Below are positions 1 through 11,295 of a DNA stretch of 64,000 nucleotides, piece by piece. The number at the start of each line of letters is the position of its first letter. Position 1 is the first letter of the stretch. The notes below the pieces were generated by a model that was not told where the DNA came from, made no database searches, and was given only the letters and a program-made list of their open reading frames with translations. Source of the DNA: an uncultured Alphaproteobacteria bacterium (lineage in GTDB: Bacteria > Pseudomonadota > Alphaproteobacteria > JAJFIK01); NCBI GenBank assembly GCA_964561475.1, contig CAZLPU010000002.1, positions 20,707 to 84,706 of the forward strand, read 5' to 3'. The position numbers were made by a program, and so were the translations under genes.

Positions 1-517
1 TGATCCGTATGGCTTCCACACCGCCCGTGGAGGCCCCCACCAGGACGATGGTCTCCGTGGACCGGAACACGACCGGTGCGGCGGGCCCCGCCGGGCGGTT
101 GGTGGCCTTGGCCCTGACCCGGGCGCTGGCGGCCGACTTGACCTTCGCGCGGATTTCATCAGTTTGCGCTTTGATGCCCCGGGCCAAATCGCTGACCGGC
201 TTGGCGACCACATCCACCGCCCCGGCATCCAGGGCTTCCAGTGTGATATCTGCCCCCTGCTGAGTGAGGGAGGAGACCATCACCACGGGCATGGGCCGTA
301 ACGCCATGATTTTGCGCAGGAATGCCAGCCCGTCCATCCGGGGCATTTCTACGTCCAGGGTGATCACGTCGGGATTGAGGGCCTTGATCCGCTCCCGGGC
401 CTGGAAGGGATCCGCCGCCGTGCCCACCACCACTATGCCAGGATCTGTACTGAGCAGTTCACTCAAGAGCTGGCGCATCAGGGCGGAGTCGTCAACAATA
501 AGTACACGGATGGACAT
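1..517 (-). CDS. cheB: Chemotaxis response regulator protein-glutamate methylesterase CheB (5' part, runs off the window start)
   Basis: Not in the ORF track. My translation from ATG at 517 reads [18 protein letters not shown]...[16 protein letters not shown]...[12 protein letters not shown]...GAVDVVAKP, the CheB receiver domain. It follows cheD. Confidence 0.93.
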   Translation of the reverse strand, partial: MSIRVLIVDDSALMRQLLSELLSTDPGIVVVGTAADPFQARERIKALNPDVITLDVEMPRMDGLAFLRKIMALRPMPVVMVSSLTQQGADITLEALDAGAVDVVAKPVSDLARGIKAQTDEIRAKVKSAASARVRAKATNRPAGPAAPVVFRSTETIVLVGASTGGVEAIRI

Positions 518-552
518 GGCGATCCTCCCTTGAGATGGTTCAGAGCATGCAA

Positions 553-1269
553 TCAGGAGAAGAGTTCCACATCTCCGGCCAGGGGCTCCCTGGCAAGACG
601 GGAGGTGTAGCGCCCTTCCTCCTCCACATGCTCATGGGCGGCGCCAGACTTGATCAGCCGACGCATCACCCGGCCTTCAACGGGACAATAGTGAATGCGC
701 CGGGCATGGAGGCCGCCCAGATCCTCACCGGCCACCTTCAGACCTTCCGCCCGGAGATATTCCAGAACAAAAGCCGCATTGCGCAGACCAACTGTATTGG
801 TGCCCGTTGTCACCTGCCCGCCCCCGAAAACCTTGATTTCAAGCCGCTCCTTGGGGCATCCCCACCGGGTCACCTCATTGATCAGCCGTTCCATGGCAAA
901 GGTGCCGTAGCGCAGGGCCGAGAGATCGGTTCTGCTGCCGTCGGTCTGATCGGGGAGCATGAAATGGTTGAGGCCGCCAAAACCCGTGGCCGGGTCACGC
1001 ATGCAGGCGGCCACGCAGGACCCGAGAATGGTGACCACCATGTCCTGCGGATCCCCGGTCACGTAAAAGCCGCCGGGTAGGACCTTCACCATCCATCGGC
1101 CCATCTGACCATTGTGGAAGCGGTGAAAAAGCTCCCCCCGAGGAGCATGTCGGGCCGGACGCCCGTCTCTTTGGACTGCCGGCCCCTGTACTGTTGGCCC
1201 TTGGACTGGGGACCTTTGGACTGGGGTGCCTGGAGCTGGGGGCGTGTGATCTGCCGATGCCGGGCTCAT
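553..1269 (-). CDS. cheD: Chemoreceptor glutamine deamidase CheD
   Basis: [29 protein letters not shown] and C-terminal GDVELF motifs. The ATG at 1269 overlaps the cheR stop (TGATG). Confidence 0.93.
   Translation of the reverse strand: MSPASADHTPPAPGTPVQRSPVQGPTVQGPAVQRDGRPARHAPRGELFHRFHNGQMGRWMVKVLPGGFYVTGDPQDMVVTILGSCVAACMRDPATGFGGLNHFMLPDQTDGSRTDLSALRYGTFAMERLINEVTRWGCPKERLEIKVFGGGQVTTGTNTVGLRNAAFVLEYLRAEGLKVAGEDLGGLHARRIHYCPVEGRVMRRLIKSGAAHEHVEEEGRYTSRLAREPLAGDVELFS
1171..1228 (-). repeat. Degenerate 15-bp tandem repeat in the cheD N-terminal extension
   Basis: Encodes [19 protein letters not shown]. Confidence 0.6.
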
Positions 1270-2195
1270 CAGCCAGCCACCTTGCGGTAGGTGGTCCGTC
1301 CACAAAGGGTCAAGGGCAGGCCCGCCAGGGCCACCGTTTCCGAATGACCAATATACAGATACCCTCCCGGGCGCAGAAACTCGGCCAGACGTGCCACAAG
1401 CGCCTGTTTGGTTTGCGTATCGAAGTAGATCATCACGTTACGGCAGAAAATCGCGTCGAACCATCCGGTCATGGGCCATCTCTCCAGAAGGTTCAACGGT
1501 TTGAAGGTAATCATGGAACGGACCTCGTCCCCTATGGCGATCTCCTCGCCTCCGGGAACGGGCCTTGTATAGGTCTGATAACAGCCAGGGATCTTCTCGA
1601 GACATTCCCGGGGATAGTGCCCCCGAGCCGCCACATCCAGAATGCGGGTGTTGATATCCGTGGCCAGGATCCGGCTATCCAGCAGTCCGGCCGCCTGGGA
1701 ATTTTCCGACATCATCTGTAGAAGGATGACGGCGATGGAATAGGGTTCCGCCCCGTCTGAGCAGGCCGCCGACCAGATCCGCAGTTTGCGCCCCGGTCTG
1801 CCCCCTCCCTGATGATCCGGTACACCCTGCTCCCGTACACCGTCCTTGATCATGGGGGAGAGGACATGTTGGGCCAGGTGATCCAGGTGGTGGCTCTCCC
1901 GGAAGAAGGCCGTATGGTTCGTCGTCAGACGATTGACCAGGGTTTCAACCTCGCCGCTCAACGGATCACCAAGCCGGGCCCGATAGGCGGCGAAACTGTC
2001 CAGACCCAGATGTCTCAGGCGACGGGCCAGACGGGCATAGACCAGATCCGCCTTCGAGCGGGTCAGGCTGATCCCCACCTTGGCGTAGAGGATTTCGGCA
2101 ATCGCTTCGAAATCCTCCACCGTGAAGGCAAATTCCCGTTCCCCGGACGGCCTTGTGGCGCGTGCCGGAACCGCTCTGGCACCGCCAGCCGCCAT
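1269..2195 (-). CDS. cheR: Chemotaxis protein methyltransferase CheR
   Basis: LTTNHTAFFRE, RIWSAACSDGAEPYS, ILATDI, FDAIFCRNVMIYF and GHSE motifs. Confidence 0.95.
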   Translation of the reverse strand: MAAGGARAVPARATRPSGEREFAFTVEDFEAIAEILYAKVGISLTRSKADLVYARLARRLRHLGLDSFAAYRARLGDPLSGEVETLVNRLTTNHTAFFRESHHLDHLAQHVLSPMIKDGVREQGVPDHQGGGRPGRKLRIWSAACSDGAEPYSIAVILLQMMSENSQAAGLLDSRILATDINTRILDVAARGHYPRECLEKIPGCYQTYTRPVPGGEEIAIGDEVRSMITFKPLNLLERWPMTGWFDAIFCRNVMIYFDTQTKQALVARLAEFLRPGGYLYIGHSETVALAGLPLTLCGRTTYRKVAG

Positions 2196-2197
2196 GC

Positions 2198-4819
2198 CTA
2201 GAATTCCTTCCAGTCCGGATCATCCTCAACCGCGACCGCAAGAGCGCTCTGCATGGCCCGGGCGGGACCGGGTCTGGTCCGCCGCTCCGGGTCCTGATCG
2301 ACCCTGGCCTGGATGGCCACGCCCCGGCCCCCATCCTCCCTGAACTGAGGGACGGCGGTCACCACACCGGTCTGTGACGCGGTGTCCAGGGTGAAAAAGT
2401 CCACCCGCTGCTGCATATTGATGGCCTGATCCCGCAGCGTCTTGGCCGCCGCGGCGTTTTCCTCCACGAGGGCGGAGTTCTGCTGGGTCATCTCATCCAT
2501 CTGGGTGACCGCACCACTGATCTCCTCCACCCCTGTCGCCTGTTCCCGGCTGGCCGCGGCAATCTCGGAGACGATATCGGTCACGTTCTTGATGGCCCCG
2601 ACGATCTGCTCCAGCGCTTCTCCGGTCCGGTTCACGAGGGAAACCCCATCAGCGACCTGATCCGTACTGTGAACGATCAGATCCTTGATGTCCTTTGCCG
2701 CCTGGCTGGAGCGCTGGGCCAGATTGCGCACTTCCGAGGCCACCACGGCGAAGCCGCGCCCCGCATCCCCCGCCCGGGCCGCCTCGACCGCGGCATTCAG
2801 GGCAAGGAGGTTGGTCTGGAAGGCAATCTCGTCAATCACCGTGGTGATCTCGGTGATCTTGGAAGACGAATGTTCAATATCTGACATGGCCCGGACGGCT
2901 TTGGAGACCACTTCGCCGCCGGCGGTCGCCGCGTCCCTGGCTCCAAGAGCCAGTTGGTTGGCCTGAACCGCACTTTCGGCATTGCGCTTGACCGTTGCGG
3001 AAATCTCGTCCATGGCCGCGGCGGTCTCTTCCAGGTTCGATGCTTGCTGCTCCGTACGCTGAGACAGATCGGCAGTTCCCGAAGAAATGTCCGCTGCCGC
3101 ATTGGAGACTTCCGTGGCGGCACTCTTGATCTGTCCGACAATTTCCGTCAGCTGCGCCGACATGGCATTTGTATTGATCTGAATCTGATCGAAAATGCCC
3201 TGGTAGCTCCCGTCCATGCGCCGGGTCAGGTCACCACCGGACAGGGAAGAAATCACGGAGACGAGGGAGTCCATGGCGGCACCGATCCGCTCACAGACAT
3301 CATTCATTGCGGACGCGAGGGAGAGCATGAACCCGGTCTTGCCCTCAAGGCTCACGCGCTTGGTGAAATCGCCGTTGGCGACCGCACCCACCACCATATC
3401 AATCTCCGCCTGGATCGAGCGTTCGGCGGTCTCGTCGCGCCATTCAACAACGGTGCCCAGCCTCTGGCCCTCCTCATCCCGGATAGGGCTTGCAATCAGC
3501 ACGAGAGACCGTCCGCCCAGGGAGAGTTCGATCTGGCGGGGAACGGTGAGGGTTTGGAGAATGTTGCGCTGATGGGCCGGGTTCTTGTGGAACAGATCGA
3601 TATTGCTGCCCATCATCGTGCGCGCGTCAAACTGGGGGAGGTCCTTGCGAATGTCCGACTCAGCCGTCTGCAACATCCTTTCCACTGCCGGATTCGAGTA
3701 GACGAGATTGTTGTCCTCGTCCGCAATCAGAACATTGGACGTGCAGGAATCGAGGGCGGCGCGGACACGGAGGTTTTCCCGCGCGAAGGCTTCCTGGCGC
3801 CGACGTTCGGCCATCTGTTCTGTGATGTTGTTTGCGAACTTCACCACCTTGACCGGCTTGCCGTCCTTATCCAGAATTGCATTATAGGAGGCCCGGAGCC
3901 AGACTTCCTGCCCATTCTTGTCGAACCGGGCATATTCGCCGGCATGGAAATCGCCTCGGCGCAAGGTTTCCCAGAAATCCCGATACTCCGAAGACCGCCC
4001 ATAATCGGGATCGACGAACATGGAGTGATGACGGCCGACAATCTCCTCGAGCCGGTAGCCGGTCACCGCGAGGAAGTTCTGGTTGACGGTGAGGATCGTG
4101 CCGTCCATATCAAACTCGATCATGGCCTGATCGCGGCTCAGTGCCTTGACGATCCCATCGGCCATATCCGTAAGAGGGGCAGCCTCATTCCGGGCGGGCG
4201 GGATTTTCCACTCCATGAGCACCCCGCCAGCCCGTCCGATGGCCGGATCAAGGGGGCTCAAGACCACATCCACGGTCTCGCCCCCGAGCGCAATCCGGGT
4301 CGTGTACGGGGTACGGAGCAGCTCAAGTGCCGTCCGGTCTTCCTGCGCCACCAGCAGACTCTCGAGCGGCATTCCCACCACCGTGTCGGCCCGCAGGCCC
4401 GGAAACACCCGTGCAATATCCGCGGACCGGTCGTGGAGAAACTGAACCATGGCATTGTTGGCATACACAACACGACCGGTTCCATCAGTAGTCAGAACAG
4501 GATCTGCACACTGATCGAGCGCGCGCAATGCCCGGTCAGAGCCTGCTGACTGCACACGCAATCGCTGGACGGGGGGCACAATGGCCACACATGCCGCTCC
4601 AATCGCTACAATCTGCATGAGGATGACAGGAAGCAGACCGACAAAGGGCTGTAAAGCGGTCAGAGTGGCCAGTGTGGTGGCAAGGACGGCACCGGTGGCC
4701 AGGAGACGGTGCAAAGACGTTATGCCCTGATGCCCATCGGCGCGTGCGCTTGGGCGTCCATGGCCGGCAACAACGGGTGATACGGCTGGAGTGCCGGAAA
4801 CAGTGTCTACTGATGACAT
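2198..4819 (-). CDS. Multi-PAS methyl-accepting chemotaxis protein (Aer2/McpB-like) with a C-terminal pentapeptide
   Basis: Three PAS-like segments including [17 protein letters not shown]-like segments, the MCP hairpin [20 protein letters not shown] and C-terminal DWKEF. Start chosen at ATG 4819. Confidence 0.92.
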   Translation of the reverse strand: MSSVDTVSGTPAVSPVVAGHGRPSARADGHQGITSLHRLLATGAVLATTLATLTALQPFVGLLPVILMQIVAIGAACVAIVPPVQRLRVQSAGSDRALRALDQCADPVLTTDGTGRVVYANNAMVQFLHDRSADIARVFPGLRADTVVGMPLESLLVAQEDRTALELLRTPYTTRIALGGETVDVVLSPLDPAIGRAGGVLMEWKIPPARNEAAPLTDMADGIVKALSRDQAMIEFDMDGTILTVNQNFLAVTGYRLEEIVGRHHSMFVDPDYGRSSEYRDFWETLRRGDFHAGEYARFDKNGQEVWLRASYNAILDKDGKPVKVVKFANNITEQMAERRRQEAFARENLRVRAALDSCTSNVLIADEDNNLVYSNPAVERMLQTAESDIRKDLPQFDARTMMGSNIDLFHKNPAHQRNILQTLTVPRQIELSLGGRSLVLIASPIRDEEGQRLGTVVEWRDETAERSIQAEIDMVVGAVANGDFTKRVSLEGKTGFMLSLASAMNDVCERIGAAMDSLVSVISSLSGGDLTRRMDGSYQGIFDQIQINTNAMSAQLTEIVGQIKSAATEVSNAAADISSGTADLSQRTEQQASNLEETAAAMDEISATVKRNAESAVQANQLALGARDAATAGGEVVSKAVRAMSDIEHSSSKITEITTVIDEIAFQTNLLALNAAVEAARAGDAGRGFAVVASEVRNLAQRSSQAAKDIKDLIVHSTDQVADGVSLVNRTGEALEQIVGAIKNVTDIVSEIAAASREQATGVEEISGAVTQMDEMTQQNSALVEENAAAAKTLRDQAINMQQRVDFFTLDTASQTGVVTAVPQFREDGGRGVAIQARVDQDPERRTRPGPARAMQSALAVAVEDDPDWKEF

Positions 4820-4893
4820 GATGGTCTGCCTCTTGTCTTCATATATGCCAAAGACCGGCAGCGGGAAGGCCGCCGGAAACATCCCGGCTCTGA

Positions 4894-5484
4894 TCAGGTG
4901 GTCAATGGGCTGCCAAGTGTGGTGCCGGAGAGATGGTGGAGATCAAGAAGCGCGATCATCTGCTCATTCACGGTCACCAGACCGGAGAGATAATCCACGC
5001 CGACAAGTCCGCAGGTCTGGGGAACGGGCTGGAACCGCTCCGTATCCACTTGCAGAATGTCTGAAACCCGGTCGACGAGCAGTCCAACAAGGCGCTCTTC
5101 GATTTGTACGATGATCACCACATGGGTCGGTGTGGCATCGGTCAGGCCCTGGCCGAACTTGCAGCGCAGATCAATGATGGGCACCACCACGCCGCGCAGA
5201 TTGAGCACACCACGCACAAAGGTGGGCTGATTGGGCAACCGGGTAACTTCGGTCCAACCCTTGATCTCACGCACCGCGATTATATCGACGCAGTAGTATT
5301 CATCATCAATCGCGAAGCTGATGAACTGGGCGGCGGCATTGGCGTCGGAACGCGCAGGATCGGCCGTCCCCGTTTCATTGATTTGGGACCCACTGGTTCT
5401 CATCCCGCCAGCGCCCGAGCCCGCCGCCAGACCGGACTCTTGATCCGTTGACGGCTCGATAGTGACTGCCTCTGCCGCGTTCAT
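4894..5484 (-). CDS. cheW: Chemotaxis coupling protein CheW
   Basis: [23 protein letters not shown] and [10 protein letters not shown] motifs. Start overlaps the cheA stop (ATGA). Confidence 0.95.
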   Translation of the reverse strand: MNAAEAVTIEPSTDQESGLAAGSGAGGMRTSGSQINETGTADPARSDANAAAQFISFAIDDEYYCVDIIAVREIKGWTEVTRLPNQPTFVRGVLNLRGVVVPIIDLRCKFGQGLTDATPTHVVIIVQIEERLVGLLVDRVSDILQVDTERFQPVPQTCGLVGVDYLSGLVTVNEQMIALLDLHHLSGTTLGSPLTT

Positions 5485-7610
5485 GCCGCGATTTCTCCCT
5501 GTTCTGACTGGCTCAAGGCAGATCCGTCCGCCTCCGCCATGCCGGCATCCTTGTCGTCGAACCATGACCCCGGCCCGGTTGGACCGGTGAGGTCTCCACC
5601 GTCACCGGATTGTCCGGACATACCGCTCAGTGCATCCACATCGATGATCAACGCCACCCGTCCGTCGCCCAGAATGGTGGCGCCGGAGATGCCTTCGATG
5701 CTGTGATAGTTCTCGTCCAGGCTCTTGATCACCACCTGCTGCTGGTTCAAGAGATCATCCACAACAAGCCCCACCTTGCGCCCCGATTCCGTCTCGACAA
5801 GGACAACCAGGGCATCCTGGGCATTCCCCGACGAGGCACCGGCCCCAAGTCTCTGGCGCAAATGGATCAGGGGGACGAATTCCCCCCGGTTGGAAAGCAC
5901 TTCCTGCCCCGCGCCCAATCGGCGCAAGTCCCGGCGCTGGGGCCGCACACATTCCAGAATACCGGTCAGGGGAAGGATGTAGCGTTCCGTCCCTACCATG
6001 ATCAGCATGCCGTCCAATACCGCGAGGGTCAGCGGCAGGGTGAGGATGAATTTGGTCCCCTTGCCCGGCAGGGTCTCAATGGCGATGCGCCCGCCCAGTG
6101 CCTGGATGTTACGGCGCACCACGTCCATGCCCACGCCCCGTCCGGAGATATCGCTCACCTCCCGGGCCGTGGAAAAGCCTGGAGCAAAGACAAGCTGGTC
6201 AATGTCTCCGGGCGCCATGGTTGCGGCACTGTCCGCGCTGATGAGACCACGTTCGACCGCACGGGTACTGACGGCCTCCCGGTCGATGCCCCTGCCGTCA
6301 TCGGCGACACAAATGACGATGCGCCCGCTGCGATGCTCAGCAGACAATTCAATGGTGCCGGTCTCGGGTTTGCCCGCGCCGACCCGATCCTCCGGCGTTT
6401 CCAGCCCGTGATCGAGGGCATTGCGGATCATATGGGTCAGGGGATCGCTCAATTCCTCGATGACCGTCTTGTCGACTTCCGTTTCCTCGCCCCTGGTCTT
6501 CAAGGTGACCTTTTTGCCCAACCGGTCGCTCAAGTCACGGACCACCCGGGGCATCCGGGAGAAGACGGACTTGACCGGCTGCATACGGATTGCCATGACG
6601 CTTTCCTGCAGCTCCCGGGTGCGCAGGGTCAGATCCTCAAGACCGCGCAATTGGGACAGATCACTGACCTGGGCTGTTTCGGAGATGTTCTGCAGGACCA
6701 TGGACTGGGCGATGACCAGCTCACCAACCATGTTCACGAGCCGGTCCAGGCGGACGAGATCCACACGGATGGATGAGGTTCTCGGCGCTCCGGTCTGGGA
6801 CAGGACAGCCTGATTGTCCTCGCCCGACAGTTCCGCATCTGCCGGCCTCTGTGGGGCGCTTGCGCCTTCTGGGGCGTTGCGTGGGGATCCGGGATCACGG
6901 TTGAGGGCTTCGACACTCAGATCACAATCATCGCTGACGAATTCGAAGACGGCCCGGATCTCGTCAAGACTGGCCTCGGTCTCAAGATCGATCCGCCAGC
7001 CCAGATAACAGATTTCCGGATCGAACCGATCGAGACCAGGAAGCCTGGAGAGATCCGGAGTGACTGACGCCTGCCCCAGGGCGCAAAGCTCAGCCAACAA
7101 ATTGAGAGGCTCATTGCCGAACCGCAGAAGCGTCTCACCGGGTTGGAAGATGACCCGCACCTTGCCCGCCGCCCCACCATGCTCTTCCGCTTCCGGAGCA
7201 ACGGGAGCCGTCTCCGGTCCGGTTTCCATCTCCTTGAGCCGGCCAAGTACCGCCCGCTCATGGTCGGGCGCGTAGTATTGTTCCCCCTGAGCGTCGGTCA
7301 CAAGATCGTGGAGCATGTCCACCGCGCGCACCAGAAGGCTGGTCAGATCTTCCGTGAGGATGATCTGCCTGGAGCGTACCTTTTCGAGAACCGCCTCGAA
7401 GCTGTGGGTGTAGGTGACCAGCCGGTCGAAGCCGAAAGCGCCCGCCCCCGCCTTGATGGAATGAACCGCACGGAAGATCGAGTTCAGCTTTTCCGTATCA
7501 CGCTCGTCCGGCTCGAGAGTCACCACATACCCGGCAAGCCCCTCGAGCAGTTCGGCGCATTCGTCGAAATAGGTCTGTTTCAGGTGCTCGAACTGTCCGG
7601 TCCGGTCCAT
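5481..7610 (-). CDS. cheA: Chemotaxis histidine kinase CheA
   Basis: Hpt motif FRAVHSIKAGAG, SIRVD, HMIRNALDHG, SGRGVGMDVV and a C-terminal CheW-like domain. Confidence 0.96.
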   Translation of the reverse strand: MDRTGQFEHLKQTYFDECAELLEGLAGYVVTLEPDERDTEKLNSIFRAVHSIKAGAGAFGFDRLVTYTHSFEAVLEKVRSRQIILTEDLTSLLVRAVDMLHDLVTDAQGEQYYAPDHERAVLGRLKEMETGPETAPVAPEAEEHGGAAGKVRVIFQPGETLLRFGNEPLNLLAELCALGQASVTPDLSRLPGLDRFDPEICYLGWRIDLETEASLDEIRAVFEFVSDDCDLSVEALNRDPGSPRNAPEGASAPQRPADAELSGEDNQAVLSQTGAPRTSSIRVDLVRLDRLVNMVGELVIAQSMVLQNISETAQVSDLSQLRGLEDLTLRTRELQESVMAIRMQPVKSVFSRMPRVVRDLSDRLGKKVTLKTRGEETEVDKTVIEELSDPLTHMIRNALDHGLETPEDRVGAGKPETGTIELSAEHRSGRIVICVADDGRGIDREAVSTRAVERGLISADSAATMAPGDIDQLVFAPGFSTAREVSDISGRGVGMDVVRRNIQALGGRIAIETLPGKGTKFILTLPLTLAVLDGMLIMVGTERYILPLTGILECVRPQRRDLRRLGAGQEVLSNRGEFVPLIHLRQRLGAGASSGNAQDALVVLVETESGRKVGLVVDDLLNQQQVVIKSLDENYHSIEGISGATILGDGRVALIIDVDALSGMSGQSGDGGDLTGPTGPGSWFDDKDAGMAEADGSALSQSEQGEIAA

Positions 7611-7670
7611 GACGGGGCCTTCCTCCAGTAGTATCGCATTCAGACCGGCGGCCGGTCCTGGCCGCAAACC

Positions 7671-8036
7671 TCAGTGACAAACCTTGTTGACGACCTGAAG
7701 CAGCTTCTCGGGATCGAACGGCTTGACGATCCAGCCGGTCGCGCCGGCGGACCGGCCCTCCTGGCGCTTGGTGCCGTCACTCTCCGTGGTGAGAATAAGA
7801 ATGGGTGTGCCCTTAAAGTCCGGCCGCTCCCGGATTTTCCGTACCAGGGAGATACCGTCCAGCTTGGGCATGTTCACATCCGTGATGATCAGATCGAACC
7901 TGCCGTCGCCCAGTTTTTCAAGGGCGTCAACACCGTCACAGGCCTCGACAACGGTGAATCCCGCTCCCTGAAGGGTCAGGGCCACCATGTCCCGCATGGT
8001 GCGGGAGTCGTCGACTGCAAGGATTCTTTGGGTCAT
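7671..8036 (-). CDS. cheY: Single-domain response regulator CheY
   Basis: ILAVDDS, ITDVNMP, ILILTTES and GWIVKPF; lies directly upstream of cheA. Confidence 0.93.
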   Translation of the reverse strand: MTQRILAVDDSRTMRDMVALTLQGAGFTVVEACDGVDALEKLGDGRFDLIITDVNMPKLDGISLVRKIRERPDFKGTPILILTTESDGTKRQEGRSAGATGWIVKPFDPEKLLQVVNKVCH

Positions 8037-8042
8037 CGGATT

Positions 8043-8516
8043 TCAATCCCGTTGAGGCCATTGGGCAGGGTCAGGAGTAAGGCCGAGGCCCTCCAGGGCA
8101 TCGATCACCGCACGGGAGGGACTGCGCAGCACGAAAGCCGCATCTTCCGTATGGGTGCCCCGGGTGTTTCTCTCGGCCTGGCCATCATCGACGAGGGCAT
8201 CTTGGGCCAGAGCATCCTGGGCAAGCGCAAGGATGAGTTGGACACCGCTCGTGCCAACACGCACCACCCGGGAGCCGTCAACAATCCGGGGACGCTCCCG
8301 CCCCTCCATGGACTGAATGTCGGTGGCCAGACGGCAGGTCTCGGCCAGGTCCATATCCGCTGGCAGCACAAGCACCGGCGAAGGTGCCGGAGGGCTGCTT
8401 TCATCCGCACCCGTCTCTTCAGATCCGGCGCCGGCGTCCGGGGACCCGGCTGAAATGCGAGGGGCCTCGCTCCCGAAAAGACTGTCGTCCGGGCTGGTCG
8501 AATGGGTCGGGTTCAT
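8043..8516 (-). CDS. STAS-domain protein leading the che operon
   Basis: LVLPADMDL...IVDGSRVVRVGTSGVQLILAL...PSRAVIDALEGLGL is a STAS_2-like pattern, in the usual first-gene position. Confidence 0.75.
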   Translation of the reverse strand: MNPTHSTSPDDSLFGSEAPRISAGSPDAGAGSEETGADESSPPAPSPVLVLPADMDLAETCRLATDIQSMEGRERPRIVDGSRVVRVGTSGVQLILALAQDALAQDALVDDGQAERNTRGTHTEDAAFVLRSPSRAVIDALEGLGLTPDPAQWPQRD

Positions 8517-8819
8517 GGCGGGTTCACATCTTGTTGAGTGCAGGCGGCACGGGATCCCGATCCCGAGAAACTCGAAGCTCAAGGGCGGGACACGGGAGCT
8601 TCCCGCTCCAGAAGCGTGCCCCTAGTGGACCCGAACGCTGTAAAGGGCGGGTTAAGCGCGAATCGGTGGTGGCGGCATGTCCATACAATTCGGCCCGGGA
8701 TGTGCTCGGGCCGGTCCGGAAAGTCCCGCCTATGCAGGGGAACAATGAATCGCCATGATCACGGGATTGATAGGAAAAGCGGCTTACCGGCGCGTGAGAC
8801 ACTGACGAGAGGGTTGACC

Positions 8820-9593
8820 ATGAAACGCAGAGACATCTCCCAGGACCGCGGCCTGATCAGCCGGCGTCAGGTTCTTTCGCAATCGGGGATTGCCCTTGGT
8901 CTCGGTGCCACAGGGTTGGGCGCCACGGGTCTGGGTTTGACCGCCGGACCGGCCCATGCCGTGTTCGGAAATGATGCGGTTGACGCCCAGGCCCTGGTGG
9001 ATCGGTCCAAGGCATCGGTTTCCGTCTTCGCCGCGGATTCCCAGATGGCCTGGGTGCGCAACAATCTCTCCCGTGCGCGGGCTCTGATGATCATTCCGGA
9101 ATCCGTGCGGGGCGGCTTCATCATCGGCGGCAGCGGCGGCAGTGGCGTGCTCCTGGCCCGGGGGGACTGGCTCCAGGGGTGGAGCTATCCGGCCTTCTAC
9201 GCCATGGGCTCGGTCACATTCGGTTTGCAGATCGGCGGCCAGATTTCTGAAATCATTTTGATGGTGATGACCGATAACGGTCTTGACCACTTGCTGACGA
9301 CCAACTTCACCTTGGGCGCCGAAGTGAGCGTCGCGGCGGGTCCTGTGGGTGCGGGCGCATCCGCTCAGACCGCCGATATTCTGGCCTTTGCCCGCACCAA
9401 GGGGCTTTATGGCGGGCTGAACATTGAGGGCGCGGCAATCCGCATCCGGAACCGCTACAATGAGGTGTATTACAACCAGCCCGGTGTCCGGCCTCGGGAC
9501 ATTCTGCTCACCCGCACCGTCTCCAATCCCCAGGCCAATGACCTGCGCCGCGCCGTCGGAGCCCTTGGCCGGAGCGCGACCGAGGAACTGTGA
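8820..9593 (+). CDS. Lipid-binding SYLF (Ysc84) domain protein with a Tat-like signal
   Basis: GGFIIGGSGGSGVL, WSYPAF, GLQIGGQ and KGLYGGLNIEGA motifs. SRRQVL twin-arginine followed by a hydrophobic stretch ending AHA. Confidence 0.88.
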   Translation: MKRRDISQDRGLISRRQVLSQSGIALGLGATGLGATGLGLTAGPAHAVFGNDAVDAQALVDRSKASVSVFAADSQMAWVRNNLSRARALMIIPESVRGGFIIGGSGGSGVLLARGDWLQGWSYPAFYAMGSVTFGLQIGGQISEIILMVMTDNGLDHLLTTNFTLGAEVSVAAGPVGAGASAQTADILAFARTKGLYGGLNIEGAAIRIRNRYNEVYYNQPGVRPRDILLTRTVSNPQANDLRRAVGALGRSATEEL

Positions 9594-9988
9594 GGACCAA
9601 TGCCGCCCGGCTGCTGGACGAGGCCAAAGCCCTGGTCCGGCGCCACGGCTGGGAGGTCCGAGAGGAAGTGCGGGCGGACACGGGCTCTCTTTATTTCTCC
9701 GCCCACGCACCGGACCGCACCGGGCAGGATCATCCCAACTCGGACAATCCAGACACGGACAAAGACGGCGGGAGCTGCTGCCAGGAAACTGTTTTTCTCA
9801 GGGTGCGGATCAGCGATCACCGACCCGCCGGGTGGCAGGCCCGCGCCCGGTTTGCTTTCATTTCAAACCGGTGCATGACCCGGGCCAAGCGGGACCTGGA
9901 GCGTCTGGAACGGCGTATTGTGGCCTTGAGCCAGGGGGATGCGCGAGGCCGGGCGACCAGGGCGCTCAAACGGACATTTTCAGACTGA
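9590..9988 (+). CDS. Hypothetical protein
   Basis: GTG start overlaps the SYLF stop (GTGA). Contains TGSLYF...RVRISDH. Confidence 0.55.
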   Translation: MRTNAARLLDEAKALVRRHGWEVREEVRADTGSLYFSAHAPDRTGQDHPNSDNPDTDKDGGSCCQETVFLRVRISDHRPAGWQARARFAFISNRCMTRAKRDLERLERRIVALSQGDARGRATRALKRTFSD

Positions 9989-9994
9989 AGATGT

Positions 9995-10927
9995 TCAGCT
10001 GTTGAGCTTCGTGGTGAGCCTGTCGATGATGCTGTGCACTTCTTCTGCGAACGCACTCGCCGCAGGCGGCAGCACCCGTCCTTCCAGACTGGCGATCACC
10101 AGATCCACTGGTTCCGTATGCTCGTAATCGTCCACGGGCAGGACGGCAACCCGGCCGCTCTTGACATCCTTATGGAACACCGTGAAGGGCGCCAGTGCGA
10201 CTGCATCACTGCCGGCAATCAGTGAGCTGAGGACAGAGAAGTCCTCGGTGGTCAGGAACATGTTCCGCATGTCTTCAAGGTCAGGCAGGATGTCGTCAAT
10301 GAAGGGGTGCAGGCGGCGGATGAACCAGTCCGGCGCATCACCACCCATGAGCGGATACTGGATCACATCCGCCAGGGTGACCTTTTCCAGTTCGAACAGC
10401 GGGTGGCCCGTCCGTACCGCGATGACCGGAGGCGGGCAACTCAGATAGTCGATGTCGATACCCGGCGGCACAATGTCCGGCGCCGGACCAATGAATAGAT
10501 CCACGGATTTGGACCGCAGGGCCTCAGCCATTTCCCGCCAACTGACATTCTTCAGATTGAAGCGCAGTTTCGGGTAGACCTTCATCAAATGGAGCAGGCA
10601 CGGGCCCGCTAGAAACTCCGAAACGGTCGGTTCACAGCCGATGGACAGGCGCCCGCCCTCGAGATTGCGCAACAGGTCGATCTCCCGCTCCGCATGGGAG
10701 AACCGTTCCAGCGCGCTCCGGGCTGCATCGACCAACATCTGGCCGTAGACCGTGGGATACACACCCTTGCGGGTGCGCGCGAAAACAGGCACGCCATAAG
10801 TGTCCTCAAGCTTACGCACAGTCTGGCTCAGCGCCGAGTGGGTGATACCCAGCCGGTCTGCTGCCTGACGGAAATGACCTTGATCCGCCAGAGTCACCAG
10901 TTGCTTCAGGATCCGTAAAACCTCCAC
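9995..10927 (-). CDS. LysR family transcriptional regulator
   Basis: N-terminal HTH GHFRQAADRLGITHSALSQTVRKLE, 310 aa, substrate-binding C-terminus. Confidence 0.93.
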   Translation of the reverse strand: MEVLRILKQLVTLADQGHFRQAADRLGITHSALSQTVRKLEDTYGVPVFARTRKGVYPTVYGQMLVDAARSALERFSHAEREIDLLRNLEGGRLSIGCEPTVSEFLAGPCLLHLMKVYPKLRFNLKNVSWREMAEALRSKSVDLFIGPAPDIVPPGIDIDYLSCPPPVIAVRTGHPLFELEKVTLADVIQYPLMGGDAPDWFIRRLHPFIDDILPDLEDMRNMFLTTEDFSVLSSLIAGSDAVALAPFTVFHKDVKSGRVAVLPVDDYEHTEPVDLVIASLEGRVLPPAASAFAEEVHSIIDRLTTKLNS

Positions 10928-11295
10928 GGCGTACCCTCGCCCCTCCCAAAATCAATCATACCGAAATACGGCCACCGCCCGACCGGTGTATGCCGCATCG
11001 CACAAAACCGATTATAGCTGAACCGCATCAAAAATGGAGATGTAGACTTTTCACCTGCTTTGTGGGCGGTCACAGAGTATGCGCCGAGCGGCTACATCCC
11101 ACAGGTTTTGATACAATAGGCAAGCATGTATCCATTGACGAGCCCAAACATACACTTGTGCGAATGTTTTCCCTCTTCCGACACCTGACCGTTGAATTTC
11201 AATGGGTTCTGCGCCGGCACGCCTGGGCATGCTCAAGCAGCGGACCGGGCCACCGCCGCTAAGCCGCCGCCAGGGTGCGACCCACGGCCCCCCTC

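Noticed and set aside
2954-4549. 531-aa plus-strand ORF, and similar ones at 49813-51507, 52713-54458, 41711-43090 and 59403-60863
   Set aside because: Antisense shadows of well-supported genes.
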